A DNA stretch of 62,706 nt from Klebsiella pneumoniae (lineage in GTDB: Bacteria > Pseudomonadota > Gammaproteobacteria > Ga0077536): NCBI GenBank assembly GCA_945876945.1, contig CAMCQE010000006.1:1-62706 (forward strand), read 5' to 3'. This document shows, piece after piece, positions 22,593 to 33,494 of this stretch. How positions within the stretch are numbered: the first letter of the stretch is position 1; each line of letters opens with the position of its first letter. The notes beneath the pieces are model-generated. The model was not told the DNA's origin, did not search any database, and saw only the letters and a program-made list of their open reading frames with translations. Both the position numbers and the translations under genes were made by a program.

Positions 22593-22670
22593 CCATGCGT
22601 TGAAGCTTCAGGCACCGAGCCCAAGGCTGTCGGCGCGAGTGCAATCTTGTCTGAAGGAAATGCTTCATCT

Positions 22671-23642
22671 ATGGAAAACCTGATCGAAGTCAGGGACCTG
22701 CACAAGCGATTCGGGTCGCTAACCGCCGTTGACGGTGTGTCGCTCAGCATCCCTCGGGGCGAAGTGCTGGGCTTCCTGGGCCCGAATGGCGCCGGCAAGT
22801 CCACCACCATGAAAATGATCACCGGCTTTATCGCGCCCACCAGCGGTTCGGTAGCCATCTGTGGTCACGACGTGGGAAGCGACGCGCTCGCGGCCAAACG
22901 CAAAATTGGCTATCTGCCCGAAGGGGCGCCGGCCTGGGGCGAAATGACCCCCGCCAGTTTTCTCGATTTCATCGCCGACATCCGCGGCTTGAGCGGCGCC
23001 CACAAGGCCAACCGCATTAAAGAGGTGGTGGCCAAAATCAATCTCGGCGGCGTGCTCAACCAGAGCATCGAAACGCTGTCGAAAGGCTTCAAACGGCGTG
23101 TGGGTTTGGCTCAGGCCATTCTGCACGACCCCGAAGTGCTCATCCTCGATGAACCCACCGATGGCCTGGATCCCAACCAGAAGCACGAGGTTCGGGCCCT
23201 GATAAAAGAGATGGCGCCGAACAAGGCCATCATTATTTCGACGCATATCCTTGAAGAAGTGGACGCGGTCTGTACCCGGGCCGCGATCATCGCCCGGGGT
23301 CGACTGTTGTTCTCCGGCACCCCGCACGAACTGCAGGCGAAATCCGCCAAGCACAATGCGGTCACGCTGACCGTCGCCTCCACCCACGCCGCGGAAATCG
23401 GATCCCGGCTGGGCGAACTGCCAGAAGTCCTGCGCGTTGAAAGCCTCGCGCAGGCCGAAGGTCGGACCCGCATCACCGCGCTGTCCCGCAATGGCGGCGT
23501 CATCTTTGAGGTCATCCAAACCGCCGTGCAACAGCACGGCTGGCCGGTCGCCGAACTCTTCGTCGAACCCGGCCATCTGGATGAAGTCTTCCGCACCATC
23601 ACCATGGGCGCGCAGACGCCCGGCGAGGTACCGCACTCATGA
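22671..23642 (+). CDS. ABC transporter ATP-binding protein (GldA-like)
   Basis: GPNGAGKST, LSKGFKRRVGLAQA, ILDEPTDGLDPNQ, STHILEEV. Confidence 0.92.
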   Translation: MENLIEVRDLHKRFGSLTAVDGVSLSIPRGEVLGFLGPNGAGKSTTMKMITGFIAPTSGSVAICGHDVGSDALAAKRKIGYLPEGAPAWGEMTPASFLDFIADIRGLSGAHKANRIKEVVAKINLGGVLNQSIETLSKGFKRRVGLAQAILHDPEVLILDEPTDGLDPNQKHEVRALIKEMAPNKAIIISTHILEEVDAVCTRAAIIARGRLLFSGTPHELQAKSAKHNAVTLTVASTHAAEIGSRLGELPEVLRVESLAQAEGRTRITALSRNGGVIFEVIQTAVQQHGWPVAELFVEPGHLDEVFRTITMGAQTPGEVPHS

Positions 23643-24373
23643 GTCGCACACTCAGCATTTTCCGCCGCGAGTTCCAGGGCTATTTCGCCACGCCGGTGGC
23701 CTATGTGTTCATCGTGATTTTTCTGTTTCTCACGGGGCTCTTTACGTTTTACATCGGCGCCTTCTACGAGCGCGGGCAGGCGGATCTGGAGCCCTTCTTC
23801 CGCTATCACCCGTGGCTTTATATGTTGCTGATTCCGGCCATTTCGATGCGCTTATGGTCGGAAGAGCGCAAGAGCGGCACGCTGGAACTGCTGCTTACCT
23901 TGCCGATTTCGCTGGCCGAAGCGGTGGTGGGCAAGTTCCTCGCCGCGTGGGCGTTCACCGCCATCGCGCTGGCGCTGACTTTCCCCCTTTGGCTCACCGT
24001 CAACTATCTGGGAAACCCGGATAACACGGTCATCGCCGCCGGTTACCTCGGCAGCCTGCTGATGGCTGGCGGGTTTCTCGCCATTGGCTCCTGCATTTCC
24101 GCGCTGACGCGCAATCAGGTGGTGGCCTTCGTGATTAGTTTCGTTGTCTGCTTCGGGTTCAATCTCAGCGGCTTCCCGCTGGTGCTCGACTTCTTCAGCG
24201 GGTGGGCGCCGCAGGCGGTGGTGGATGCGGTGAGCTCTTTCAGCTTCCTGACCCACTTCAATTCGATTCAAAAAGGCGTCATCGACCTGCGTGACATCAT
24301 CTTCTTCACTTCTCTCATTGCCGTGTGGCTCTACGCCAACATGCTGGCGATTGAGAGCGGGAAGGGCCACTAA
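23639..24373 (+). CDS. ABC-2 type permease (GldF-like)
   Basis: REFQGYFATPVAY, MRLWSEERKSGTLELLLTLP, VVGKFLAA; six TM segments. Confidence 0.9.
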   Translation: MSRTLSIFRREFQGYFATPVAYVFIVIFLFLTGLFTFYIGAFYERGQADLEPFFRYHPWLYMLLIPAISMRLWSEERKSGTLELLLTLPISLAEAVVGKFLAAWAFTAIALALTFPLWLTVNYLGNPDNTVIAAGYLGSLLMAGGFLAIGSCISALTRNQVVAFVISFVVCFGFNLSGFPLVLDFFSGWAPQAVVDAVSSFSFLTHFNSIQKGVIDLRDIIFFTSLIAVWLYANMLAIESGKGH

Positions 24374-24393
24374 GGGACGAGGAGAAGACCAAC

Positions 24394-26286
24394 ATGATCA
24401 CCAGAACCCAAACCTTCGCCAGCTTGCTGGTGGCCGTGGTGTTGTTCCTCTGCGTCAACATCATCGCCAGCGGCACGCTCACCGCGCAGCGCCTCGATTT
24501 AACCCAGAATCGCCTCTACACCTTGTCGGATGGCAGCAAGCACATTCTGGGCAAACTCGACGAGCCGATTACCCTGCGCTTTTACTACTCGGCCAAGGCA
24601 TTCGCCTCGGTTCCTGAATTCCAGAACTACGGCAAACGCGTTCGCGACCTGCTGCAGGAATACGTGAACGCCGCTCATGGCAAGCTGAAACTTCAGGTGA
24701 TTGAGCCCGAACCGTTCTCCGAAGCCGAAGATCAGGCAGTGGGCTACGGCATTCAGCAGCTGCCTATCAACGCCACCGGCGAGGTGGGTTATCTGGGGCT
24801 CGTAGGCACCAATACGACCGATGACGAAGCGCCAATCGCGTTTCTGAATCCCGACCACGCCGACGCTCTCGAGTACGACATCACCAAACTCATCTACAAC
24901 CTCGCCAACCCCAAAAAGCGCACTGTCGGGGTGATTTCCGATCTGCCGATTTTGGGCGGCGCACAGGATCCGCGGGGCGACGCGGCGCCCGCGTGGGCGA
25001 GCCTCAAGCAGCTGAAAGAGTTTTTCGACGTGAAATCACTGCCGAGAGATGTCGCGGTAATCGATGACTCGACGGACACCCTGCTCGTCGTTCACCCGAA
25101 GAATTTGCCCAAGAAAACGCTGTACGCGATCGATCAGTTCGTTCTGCGCGGCGGCAAGGCGCTGGTGTTTGTCGACCCGCTGGCCGAAGAAGATCGTCCC
25201 GAACCCGACCCGCGCAACCCGATGGTGATGCCGAAAACCGATTCCAGTCTCGAACCGCTGTTCAAAGCCTGGGGCGTCGAGTTTGCAACCGACAAAGTTG
25301 TCGGCGATGCCGAAGCGGCCGTGCGGGTGAACTTCAACAGCGAGCGCGGGCCCAGCGAAGTGCAGTACATCCCGTGGCTCATGCTCCACGGCGACCGCAT
25401 CAACCACGAAGACTTCATCACCAATCATCTGCGAGGGGTAAATGTGGGGACCGCTGGCTTTCTCGAAGCCGCCAAAGGCGCCACCACCCAACTGATGCCC
25501 TTGCTGAGCACTGGCCCGCATAGCGGACTGCTGGAGCGCGAGTCCATCGTTATCGTGCGCGACCCCAACGCGTTGCTGGAAGGCTTCAAGGCCGACCGGA
25601 GCAAGCTCACCGTCGCGGCCCGATTGTCTGGCCCTGCCGCCACGGCGTTTCCCGATGGCCCGCCGGCGGCCGATCCGGCCGCCGATACCAGCACCGCAAA
25701 TCCCGTGGAGTTACCCGAGCCCCTGAAAGCCGCCAAGAACGGCATCAACGTGATCGTCGTGGCCGACACCGACATTCTCGCCGACCGTTTCTGGGTGCGC
25801 ATGGAGCGCTTTCTCGGCATGCAGGTACCGAATCCGTTTGCGAACAACGCCGACTTCCTCATCAATGCGGTCGATAATCTGGGCGGCAACGACGACCTGA
25901 TCAGCCTGCGCAGCCGGGGCGAGTTCGCGCGCCCGTTTGAAGTCGTGGAACGCATCAAGCGCGAAGCCGAAGGCCAGTTCCGCGACCGCGAAAAAGCCTT
26001 GCAGGCCAAACTGCGGGAAACCGAGACCAAGCTCAAAAGCCTGCGACAAGGGCCCGACAGCAACGGTGAAGCCCTCCTTACGCCCGAGCAGCGCAAAGAA
26101 ATGGAGCTGTTCCGTAAAGAGCAACTCGCCACCCGTAAAGAGCTCCGCACCGTCCAGCATGATTTGGGCCGCAACATCGAGCAGCTGGGCACGTGGCTGA
26201 AAGTCATCAACATTGGTCTGGTCCCGGCGCTCCTCGCGCTGCTCGCGCTGGGCGCCGGCCTGTTCAGTCAACGCCGCGCACGGTGA
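24394..26286 (+). CDS. GldG-family ABC auxiliary component (GIFT-like periplasmic domain)
   Basis: RLDLTQNRLYTLS, EPFSEAED, LEYDIT, YAIDQFVLRGGKALVFVDP, VVADTDIL, NADFLINAVDNL, C-terminal coiled coil and TM. Confidence 0.85.
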   Translation: MITRTQTFASLLVAVVLFLCVNIIASGTLTAQRLDLTQNRLYTLSDGSKHILGKLDEPITLRFYYSAKAFASVPEFQNYGKRVRDLLQEYVNAAHGKLKLQVIEPEPFSEAEDQAVGYGIQQLPINATGEVGYLGLVGTNTTDDEAPIAFLNPDHADALEYDITKLIYNLANPKKRTVGVISDLPILGGAQDPRGDAAPAWASLKQLKEFFDVKSLPRDVAVIDDSTDTLLVVHPKNLPKKTLYAIDQFVLRGGKALVFVDPLAEEDRPEPDPRNPMVMPKTDSSLEPLFKAWGVEFATDKVVGDAEAAVRVNFNSERGPSEVQYIPWLMLHGDRINHEDFITNHLRGVNVGTAGFLEAAKGATTQLMPLLSTGPHSGLLERESIVIVRDPNALLEGFKADRSKLTVAARLSGPAATAFPDGPPAADPAADTSTANPVELPEPLKAAKNGINVIVVADTDILADRFWVRMERFLGMQVPNPFANNADFLINAVDNLGGNDDLISLRSRGEFARPFEVVERIKREAEGQFRDREKALQAKLRETETKLKSLRQGPDSNGEALLTPEQRKEMELFRKEQLATRKELRTVQHDLGRNIEQLGTWLKVINIGLVPALLALLALGAGLFSQRRAR

Positions 26287-26296
26287 GGCGACGTCT

Positions 26297-27391
26297 ATGA
26301 AAACGAAACCGCTGTTATTGATTGTGGCCACCGTGCTGGTCGTACTTGGCGCGTATCAAGTCACGCGCTCCAAAGCCCCGAGCACCAATATTGAATCCGC
26401 CCTCCTCTATCCCACGCTGCTGGAATCGCTTAACGATGCACAGAGCGTGGAAATTGCGAACAGCAAGGACCGCTTCCGGATCACGCGCGACGGCGAACGC
26501 TGGGTCATGGCGGATCGCGATGGCTTCCCGGTGGAGACCACCCTGGTGCGCAGCCTGCTGATGGAAGTTGCGGCGCTCAAAATCCGCGAAGAAAAAACCG
26601 CCAAAGCCGAGAACTACCCCACCATCGGTGTCGAAGACGTGAGCGCACCCAATGCGGGGGGAGTGGAATTGTCCGTGCAGGGTAAATCTGGCGCTTTGCT
26701 GAGCTTGATCGTGGGCAAGTCGCGTAAGCCCAAGGGCACTGAAGCAGGCGGACACTTCGTGCGGCGCGCGGGCGAGCCGACCGCGCTGCTGGTGGAAGGG
26801 GACATCAATATCAAGGCGAAGCGTAACGACTGGCTAGACATCTCGATTGTTACGCTGACGCCGGATCGGGTGCGCAAAGCGAGCATTCAGACGCCGGGAC
26901 AAGACCCGGTGGTGGTGAGCAAAGCTTCAACGCGCGAACAACTTTTCGCCCTGCAAAACGTGCCGCAGGGCAAGGAGCCCAAATCCTCCGCGCTGGTCTC
27001 CAATGTTGGCGCGCTACTGCTGGATTTGCGGTTTGAAGACGTTGCGAGCGTCAAACAGGTGGCAGGGCTAACGCCCACCAATACCGCCCAACTGGAAACT
27101 TTTGATGGCCTGCTGGCCACTCTCAAGGCCTATGAAGTGGCGGGTCGCACCTTGATTGCGCTCGAATTCGAACACCAGCCGGAAGGGGCCGAGGCCCCTC
27201 CTGCGCCTCCCGGCAAGACCGAAGACGCGCCCAAGGCCCCGGATGTCGCGGCCGAGGTGGCAAAACTCAAAGCCCATACCGGGCCTTGGGTATATCAGAT
27301 TGGGGATTACAAGCTCCGAACATTGCGTCGAAGCTTTGCGGAACTGGTGAAGGTCAAGGAAAAACCAATGGCACCCGCCACGGCTGACTGA
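26297..27391 (+). CDS. DUF4340-domain membrane-anchored protein
   Basis: N-terminal TM; W-x-x-x-DRDGFPV, LIVGK, FVRRAGE, NDWLD pattern; typical fourth gene of Gld-like ABC operons. Confidence 0.7.
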   Translation: MKTKPLLLIVATVLVVLGAYQVTRSKAPSTNIESALLYPTLLESLNDAQSVEIANSKDRFRITRDGERWVMADRDGFPVETTLVRSLLMEVAALKIREEKTAKAENYPTIGVEDVSAPNAGGVELSVQGKSGALLSLIVGKSRKPKGTEAGGHFVRRAGEPTALLVEGDINIKAKRNDWLDISIVTLTPDRVRKASIQTPGQDPVVVSKASTREQLFALQNVPQGKEPKSSALVSNVGALLLDLRFEDVASVKQVAGLTPTNTAQLETFDGLLATLKAYEVAGRTLIALEFEHQPEGAEAPPAPPGKTEDAPKAPDVAAEVAKLKAHTGPWVYQIGDYKLRTLRRSFAELVKVKEKPMAPATAD

Positions 27392-27396
27392 GCCGG

Positions 27397-27418
27397 AGTC
27401 GCGGCGCCCGCCGCGACT
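27397..27418. terminator. Hairpin between convergent genes
   Basis: AGTCGCGGC-gccc-GCCGCGACT. Confidence 0.55.
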
Positions 27419-27987
27419 TAATGCAGCGCGAAGGTAGCGCTGGCAGGCAATGCAGGAGTGAGCTGACGTAACACCTGCCAGCCGTGCACGCTGCCCGCTT
27501 CGCGCCACAGCTGATAGGCGTTGAGCCCGTCAAGGAATGGCCCTTTCTCGGTCACTTCGCGCATGGTCAGAAAGACATCCAGAATCCGCACGTAGTGCGT
27601 GGCCAATTCCCGATAGAGGTCGCGATCGGCGCCATCAATCCGTGCGGCATGATCGCGAAAGGCCTGCTGCCCGACCTGCACAAAATACGTCACCGGAATG
27701 CTTTGACGGATCGCATGCTCAGGGAACAGTCCGGCAAACAGCAAACAGTGGTCGCCCACCGAAACGAGATCCTGCGAATTGGCCTGAGTGCCGGCTACCA
27801 GCTGACGCGCAAAGCGCGCGGTGCGCATCCCGGTGCCATTCGCGGCACTGCCCAGACTGCGGAAGAGCAAAGCGACGACATACTCTTCCAGCGCCTCAGA
27901 CAAAAATGTCTGCGCGCCCTGTTGGGCCTGCGTTAACAACGCACGCCATCCGGCAGTCTCGGCAAGTTGCAGTTCTATCCTCACCAC
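27418..27987 (-). CDS. Conserved hypothetical protein
   Basis: 189-aa ORF filling the gap divergent from glyQ; LEEYVVALL and VGDHCLLFAGLFPE...YFVQVG motifs recall an uncharacterised helical family. Confidence 0.75.
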   Translation of the reverse strand: MVRIELQLAETAGWRALLTQAQQGAQTFLSEALEEYVVALLFRSLGSAANGTGMRTARFARQLVAGTQANSQDLVSVGDHCLLFAGLFPEHAIRQSIPVTYFVQVGQQAFRDHAARIDGADRDLYRELATHYVRILDVFLTMREVTEKGPFLDGLNAYQLWREAGSVHGWQVLRQLTPALPASATFALH

Positions 27988-28128
27988 TGTTTCCCCATAG
28001 GTCAGTGAAGCTCGTATCGACCAGCCTCCAGCACCCTTGAGCAGTGAGTTGTCGCGTAGGCAGTCCCAAGCCTAGTCGCTATACTCCGAAGCCCTCGATT
28101 ACCCGCCGGCGACTGCAGAAAAACAGGC

Positions 28129-29061
28129 ATGACCGACAAGCACGCGACGCCCGATACGTTTCAGGAACTCATCTTCAGACTGCAAACCTTCTGGGGGGCG
28201 CGTGGGTGTGTGATTGCTCAGCCCTACGACATGGAAATGGGCGCCGGGACCTTTCATCCGGCCACCTTCCTGCGGGCGATTGGGCCTGAGCCCTGGCGCG
28301 CAGCCTATGTGCAGCCCTCGCGCCGCCCCACCGACGGGCGGTATGGCGAAAACCCTAACCGGCTCCAGCACTACTACCAGTTTCAGGTCATCCTCAAACC
28401 CTCGCCGCCGGACTTGCAGGCGCTCTACCTCGAGTCGCTTTCGAGCCTCGGCATTAACCCGCACATCCACGACATTCGCTTCGTAGAAGACAACTGGGAA
28501 TCGCCCACCTTGGGCGCCTGGGGGCTCGGCTGGGAGGTGTGGCTGAACGGCATGGAAGTGACCCAGTTCACCTATTTCCAACAGGTCGGCGGGCTCGACT
28601 GCCGCCCGGTCGCCGGTGAAATCACCTACGGTCTCGAGCGGATCGCGATGTACCTGCAGGGCGTGGATTCAGTCTACGACCTGGCTTGGGCCAAACATGA
28701 TGGCCGCGTGGTGACCTATGGCGACGTCTACCACCAGAACGAAGTGGAAATGTCGACCTACAACTTCGAACAGGCGAACACCGAAATTCTTTTCGGCTGG
28801 TTTAATCACTGCGAAGCAGAAGCGATTCGCCTGATCGCCGCCAACCTGCCCTTGCCCGCCTACGAAATGATGGTCAAAGCCTCACACACGTTTAATTTGC
28901 TCGATGCCCGACGCGCCATCTCGGTGACCGAACGTCAGCGCTACATCTTGCGGGTCCGCGCGCTGGCGCGAAGCATTGCGGAGACCTATTACGCCGCCCG
29001 CGAAGCGCTGGGCTTCCCGCTGCTCGGCGACCAACGCGCTAACGCGGAGCAAGCGTCATGA
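28129..29061 (+). CDS. glyQ: Glycine-tRNA ligase alpha
   Basis: [45 protein letters not shown]. Confidence 0.99.
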   Translation: MTDKHATPDTFQELIFRLQTFWGARGCVIAQPYDMEMGAGTFHPATFLRAIGPEPWRAAYVQPSRRPTDGRYGENPNRLQHYYQFQVILKPSPPDLQALYLESLSSLGINPHIHDIRFVEDNWESPTLGAWGLGWEVWLNGMEVTQFTYFQQVGGLDCRPVAGEITYGLERIAMYLQGVDSVYDLAWAKHDGRVVTYGDVYHQNEVEMSTYNFEQANTEILFGWFNHCEAEAIRLIAANLPLPAYEMMVKASHTFNLLDARRAISVTERQRYILRVRALARSIAETYYAAREALGFPLLGDQRANAEQAS

Positions 29062-31130
29062 GTGCGGCGGCCGATCTGCTCATTGAACTCGGTACCGAAG
29101 AATTACCGCCCAAAGCACTACTCGGACTCTCGACCCACTTCCATCAGGAAATCCTGCGCGGACTGGCCGATGCCGGCATCACGCACGGCGTAAGTCGGGC
29201 GTTCGCCACCCCCCGGCGGTTGGCGGTCCTGATTGACGCCGTGCCCGCGCGTCAGCCCGATCAAAAACTGGAACGCCGCGGGCCTGCGCTAGCCGCCGCC
29301 TACGACAAACAGGGCGCGCCCAGCGGCGCCGCCTTGGGTTTCGCGCGCTCCTGCGGCGTGGACTTCTCCGCGCTGGAACGACTCGAAACCGACAAGGGCG
29401 CCTGGCTGGTGTTTCGTTCGGAAGCCGCCGGCCAAACCATCGACACGCTCATTCCGGGCATTGTGGAGCGGGCGCTCGCGGCGCTCCCCATCCCCAAGCG
29501 CATGCGCTGGGGTAGCGCCGATCACGAATTCGTGCGGCCGGTGCACTGGCTGGTGCTGGTGCATGGCGAATCGACGATTCCGGCTTCGGTGTACGGGATC
29601 ACGAGCGGCGCGGTCACCCGCGGCCACCGCTTTATGGGCTCGCAGTCCATTCAGATTACGCGTCCCGCCGACTACGCCGCCCAACTCGCCGGGGACGGCA
29701 AAGTGGTGGCGGACTTCGCCGAGCGCCGCGCCAAGGTGCTGGAAGCCGTCACGGCCGCGGCCACGGCGGCTGGCGGTCAGGCCATCATTGACCCCGCGTT
29801 GCTGGATGAAGTGACCGCGCTGGTGGAATGGCCGAGCGCCATCACCGGCAGTTTCGACGCGCACTTTCTGGAGGTGCCGCGCGAAGCGCTGATTGCCAGC
29901 ATGCAGGGCCATCAAAAATATTTTCCGCTGGAAGACGCGCAAGGCGGCCTGCTCAACCAGTTCATCACGATTGCCAATATCGACAGTCCCGAGCCGGCCG
30001 TGATCCGCAACGGCAACGAGCGGGTCATTCGGCCACGCCTGAGCGATGCGGCGTTTTTCTGGAACAAGGATCGCGCCCAGCGCCTAGATGCCCGACTGCC
30101 CCGCCTCGGCGAGATGGTGTTCGAGCGCCGTCTGGGCACGCTGCTGGAGAAAAGCGAGCGGGTGGCCGCACTGGCGGGCCAGCTGGCGCCGCTGTTTCAG
30201 GCCGAGCCGACAGCCGCTGAGCGCGCCGGCCTGCTGTCGCGCTGCGATCTGGTGTCGGAGATGGTGGGCGAGTTCCCCGAGCTGCAAGGCACGATGGGTG
30301 CCTACTACGCGCGGCAAGATGGCGAAGGCGAGGCGGTGGCCAACGCGCTTGGGGAGTTCTACCAACCCCGCTTCGCCGGCGACGAGATTCCGGCCTCCGG
30401 CGCGGGCCGCTGCGTGGCGCTGGCGGACAAACTCGACACCCTCACCGGTATTTTTGGGGTGGGCGGTGCGCCGACCGGCGACAAAGACCCTTACGCGCTC
30501 CGCCGGGCGGCGCTGGGCTGCCTGCGGATTTGTATCGAAAGCGATTCGGCCATCGATCTCGCGCAGGCGCTGGAACAGGCCGCGAACGGCCACGGCGAGC
30601 GCATCACCCCCGCCACCGCTGCGGCGGTATTCGATTTCGTGCTGGAGCGCGCGCGCGGCTACTTCGTGGACCGCGGCAGTCGCGCCGATGTCGTCGAATC
30701 AGTGCTGGTAACCCGCCCCGGCGCGCCGCGCGAACTCGCGCGTCGGATCGCGGCGGTTGATGCGTTTCTGCAGTTGCCGGAAGCGGTGGCCCTGGCGGCC
30801 GCCAACAAACGCATTGGCAACATCCTGCGCAAAGCCACCGGCTTTACGCCCGGCGGCACCGATAACGCCCAACTGGTGGAAGCAGCCGAACTCGCGCTCG
30901 CCCGCGAACTGGAGGACGCGAGCCTGCAGACCGCAGGCTTCGCCGAGGCCGGTGACTATCAAGCCTATCTGGCCCGCCTCGCGCGCCTGCAGGCGCCGGT
31001 GAATGCCTTCTTCGACCAGGTGATGGTGATGGCCGAAGACCCCGTCTTGCGCAACGCTCGCCTGCAACTGCTATACGCCCTGCAGGCGCTCTTCCTGCGC
31101 GTGGCGGATATCAGCCTGATTGCCAGCTAA
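29058..31130 (+). CDS. glyS: Glycine-tRNA ligase beta
   Basis: [43 protein letters not shown] domain. Confidence 0.97.
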   Translation: MSAAADLLIELGTEELPPKALLGLSTHFHQEILRGLADAGITHGVSRAFATPRRLAVLIDAVPARQPDQKLERRGPALAAAYDKQGAPSGAALGFARSCGVDFSALERLETDKGAWLVFRSEAAGQTIDTLIPGIVERALAALPIPKRMRWGSADHEFVRPVHWLVLVHGESTIPASVYGITSGAVTRGHRFMGSQSIQITRPADYAAQLAGDGKVVADFAERRAKVLEAVTAAATAAGGQAIIDPALLDEVTALVEWPSAITGSFDAHFLEVPREALIASMQGHQKYFPLEDAQGGLLNQFITIANIDSPEPAVIRNGNERVIRPRLSDAAFFWNKDRAQRLDARLPRLGEMVFERRLGTLLEKSERVAALAGQLAPLFQAEPTAAERAGLLSRCDLVSEMVGEFPELQGTMGAYYARQDGEGEAVANALGEFYQPRFAGDEIPASGAGRCVALADKLDTLTGIFGVGGAPTGDKDPYALRRAALGCLRICIESDSAIDLAQALEQAANGHGERITPATAAAVFDFVLERARGYFVDRGSRADVVESVLVTRPGAPRELARRIAAVDAFLQLPEAVALAAANKRIGNILRKATGFTPGGTDNAQLVEAAELALARELEDASLQTAGFAEAGDYQAYLARLARLQAPVNAFFDQVMVMAEDPVLRNARLQLLYALQALFLRVADISLIAS

Positions 31131-31138
31131 AGCCCCCG

Positions 31139-31669
31139 ATGCGCCTGCTCATCGTTGACCGCGACGGGGTTATCAACGAGGAATCGGCAGAGTTCATCAA
31201 AACGCCCGAGGAGTGGCGGCCGCTGCCGGGCAGCATCGAAGCGCTGGCCGCCGCGAGCCAGATGGGCTTCCGGATTTTTATCGTCTCCAACCAGTCCGGG
31301 ATTGCGCGCGGCCTGATCGAAATCAGCCAACTGCAACGCATCCATACCAAGTTAATTAACGAAGTTCAGCGGCTTGGCGGACGGATCGACGCCATCCTGT
31401 TCTGCCCGCACGGGCCAGACGAAGGCTGCCGTTGCCGCAAGCCGCGGCCGGGCATGCTGGAAAGCATTGCGCTCCGCACGGGCGCACCGCTGAACGAAGC
31501 CATCTTCGTAGGCGACCGCCTGAGCGATCTGGAAGCCGCGCGGGCGGTAGGCGCGCGCGCCGTGCTGGTTGAAACCGGCCACGGCATGCAAACCCTGGCC
31601 CGCCTGCCGGCGCGGGAGAGGCTGAACGTCTATCCCGATCTGGCGGCCGTGGTCAGACGACTTAAGTAA
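31139..31669 (+). CDS. gmhB: D,D-heptose 1,7-bisphosphate phosphatase
   Basis: DRDGVIN, SNQSGIARG, CPH..CRCRKP, VGDRLSD. Confidence 0.93.
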   Translation: MRLLIVDRDGVINEESAEFIKTPEEWRPLPGSIEALAAASQMGFRIFIVSNQSGIARGLIEISQLQRIHTKLINEVQRLGGRIDAILFCPHGPDEGCRCRKPRPGMLESIALRTGAPLNEAIFVGDRLSDLEAARAVGARAVLVETGHGMQTLARLPARERLNVYPDLAAVVRRLK

Positions 31670-31678
31670 GGACTCCCC

Positions 31679-32398
31679 ATGCTGGTGAAACTGCGGTCGG
31701 TGCTGTTCTATGTCGGCGTTATCCCCGTCACCATGTTTTTTGGCGTCGTGGGCATTCTCATCCTGCCGCTGCCCCGGCGCTGGCGGTACTTCGTGATTAC
31801 GCGCTGGTCGGTGTTTGCGCTGTTCTGGCTGCGCGTGGCCTGCGGGCTTAAGTGGCGTGTGCGGGGCGCAGAGCATCTGCCCGACACCCCCTGCGTCATC
31901 CTCTGCAAGCATCAATCCGCCTGGGAGACGATCGCCCTGCAGATGATCTTTCCTGCGCAATGTCAGGTGCTGAAAAAGGAACTGCTGCGCCTGCCGTTTT
32001 TTGGCTGGGGGCTGGCGAGCCTCAACCCCATCGCCATCGATCGCAAAGCGGGCGCGCGCGCCTTGCGCCATATGCTGAGTGCCGGCAAGGAACGCATCCA
32101 GCAGGGTTGGTGGGTGCTCATTTTCCCGGAGGGTACCCGGGTGCCCCCGGGGCAGCGCGGGCGTTATTCCTCCGGCGGCGCGGCCGTCGCGGTGCAGGCC
32201 GGCTGCCCGATCGTGCCGGTCGCGCACAATGCCGGGGTGTTCTGGCCACGCAACGCCATGCGGAAGGAGCAAGGCACTATCGAGGTGATAGTGGGCGCGC
32301 CCATCGATTCCGCTGGCCGCACGGCGGGAGAGTTAACGACCCTCGTTGAGGCATGGATCGAGGCGCAATGCGCCGAACTCCCGCTAACCCCGGGTTAA
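31679..32398 (+). CDS. plsC: 1-acyl-sn-glycerol-3-phosphate acyltransferase
   Basis: KHQSAWET, KKELL..PFFGW, IFPEGTR, PIVPVAHNAG. Confidence 0.9.
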   Translation: MLVKLRSVLFYVGVIPVTMFFGVVGILILPLPRRWRYFVITRWSVFALFWLRVACGLKWRVRGAEHLPDTPCVILCKHQSAWETIALQMIFPAQCQVLKKELLRLPFFGWGLASLNPIAIDRKAGARALRHMLSAGKERIQQGWWVLIFPEGTRVPPGQRGRYSSGGAAVAVQAGCPIVPVAHNAGVFWPRNAMRKEQGTIEVIVGAPIDSAGRTAGELTTLVEAWIEAQCAELPLTPG

Positions 32399-32465
32399 GA
32401 CCTGTTCCCTGTACGCGCTGTTTCTTTGACGGCGTGCTGACTATTTTGGTACCGCCCAGTCCTGA

Positions 32466-33488
<1,023 letters not shown>

Positions 33489-33494
33489 GGCAAC

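Noticed and set aside
22400-22670. oriC upstream of mnmG, as in E. coli
   Set aside because: No TTATCCACA cluster or AT-rich unwinding element; only a two-mismatch TGTGGAACA and two GATC.
31900-31930. PlsC with HX4E instead of HX4D
   Set aside because: HQSxWE is a known functional variant in this acyltransferase subfamily.
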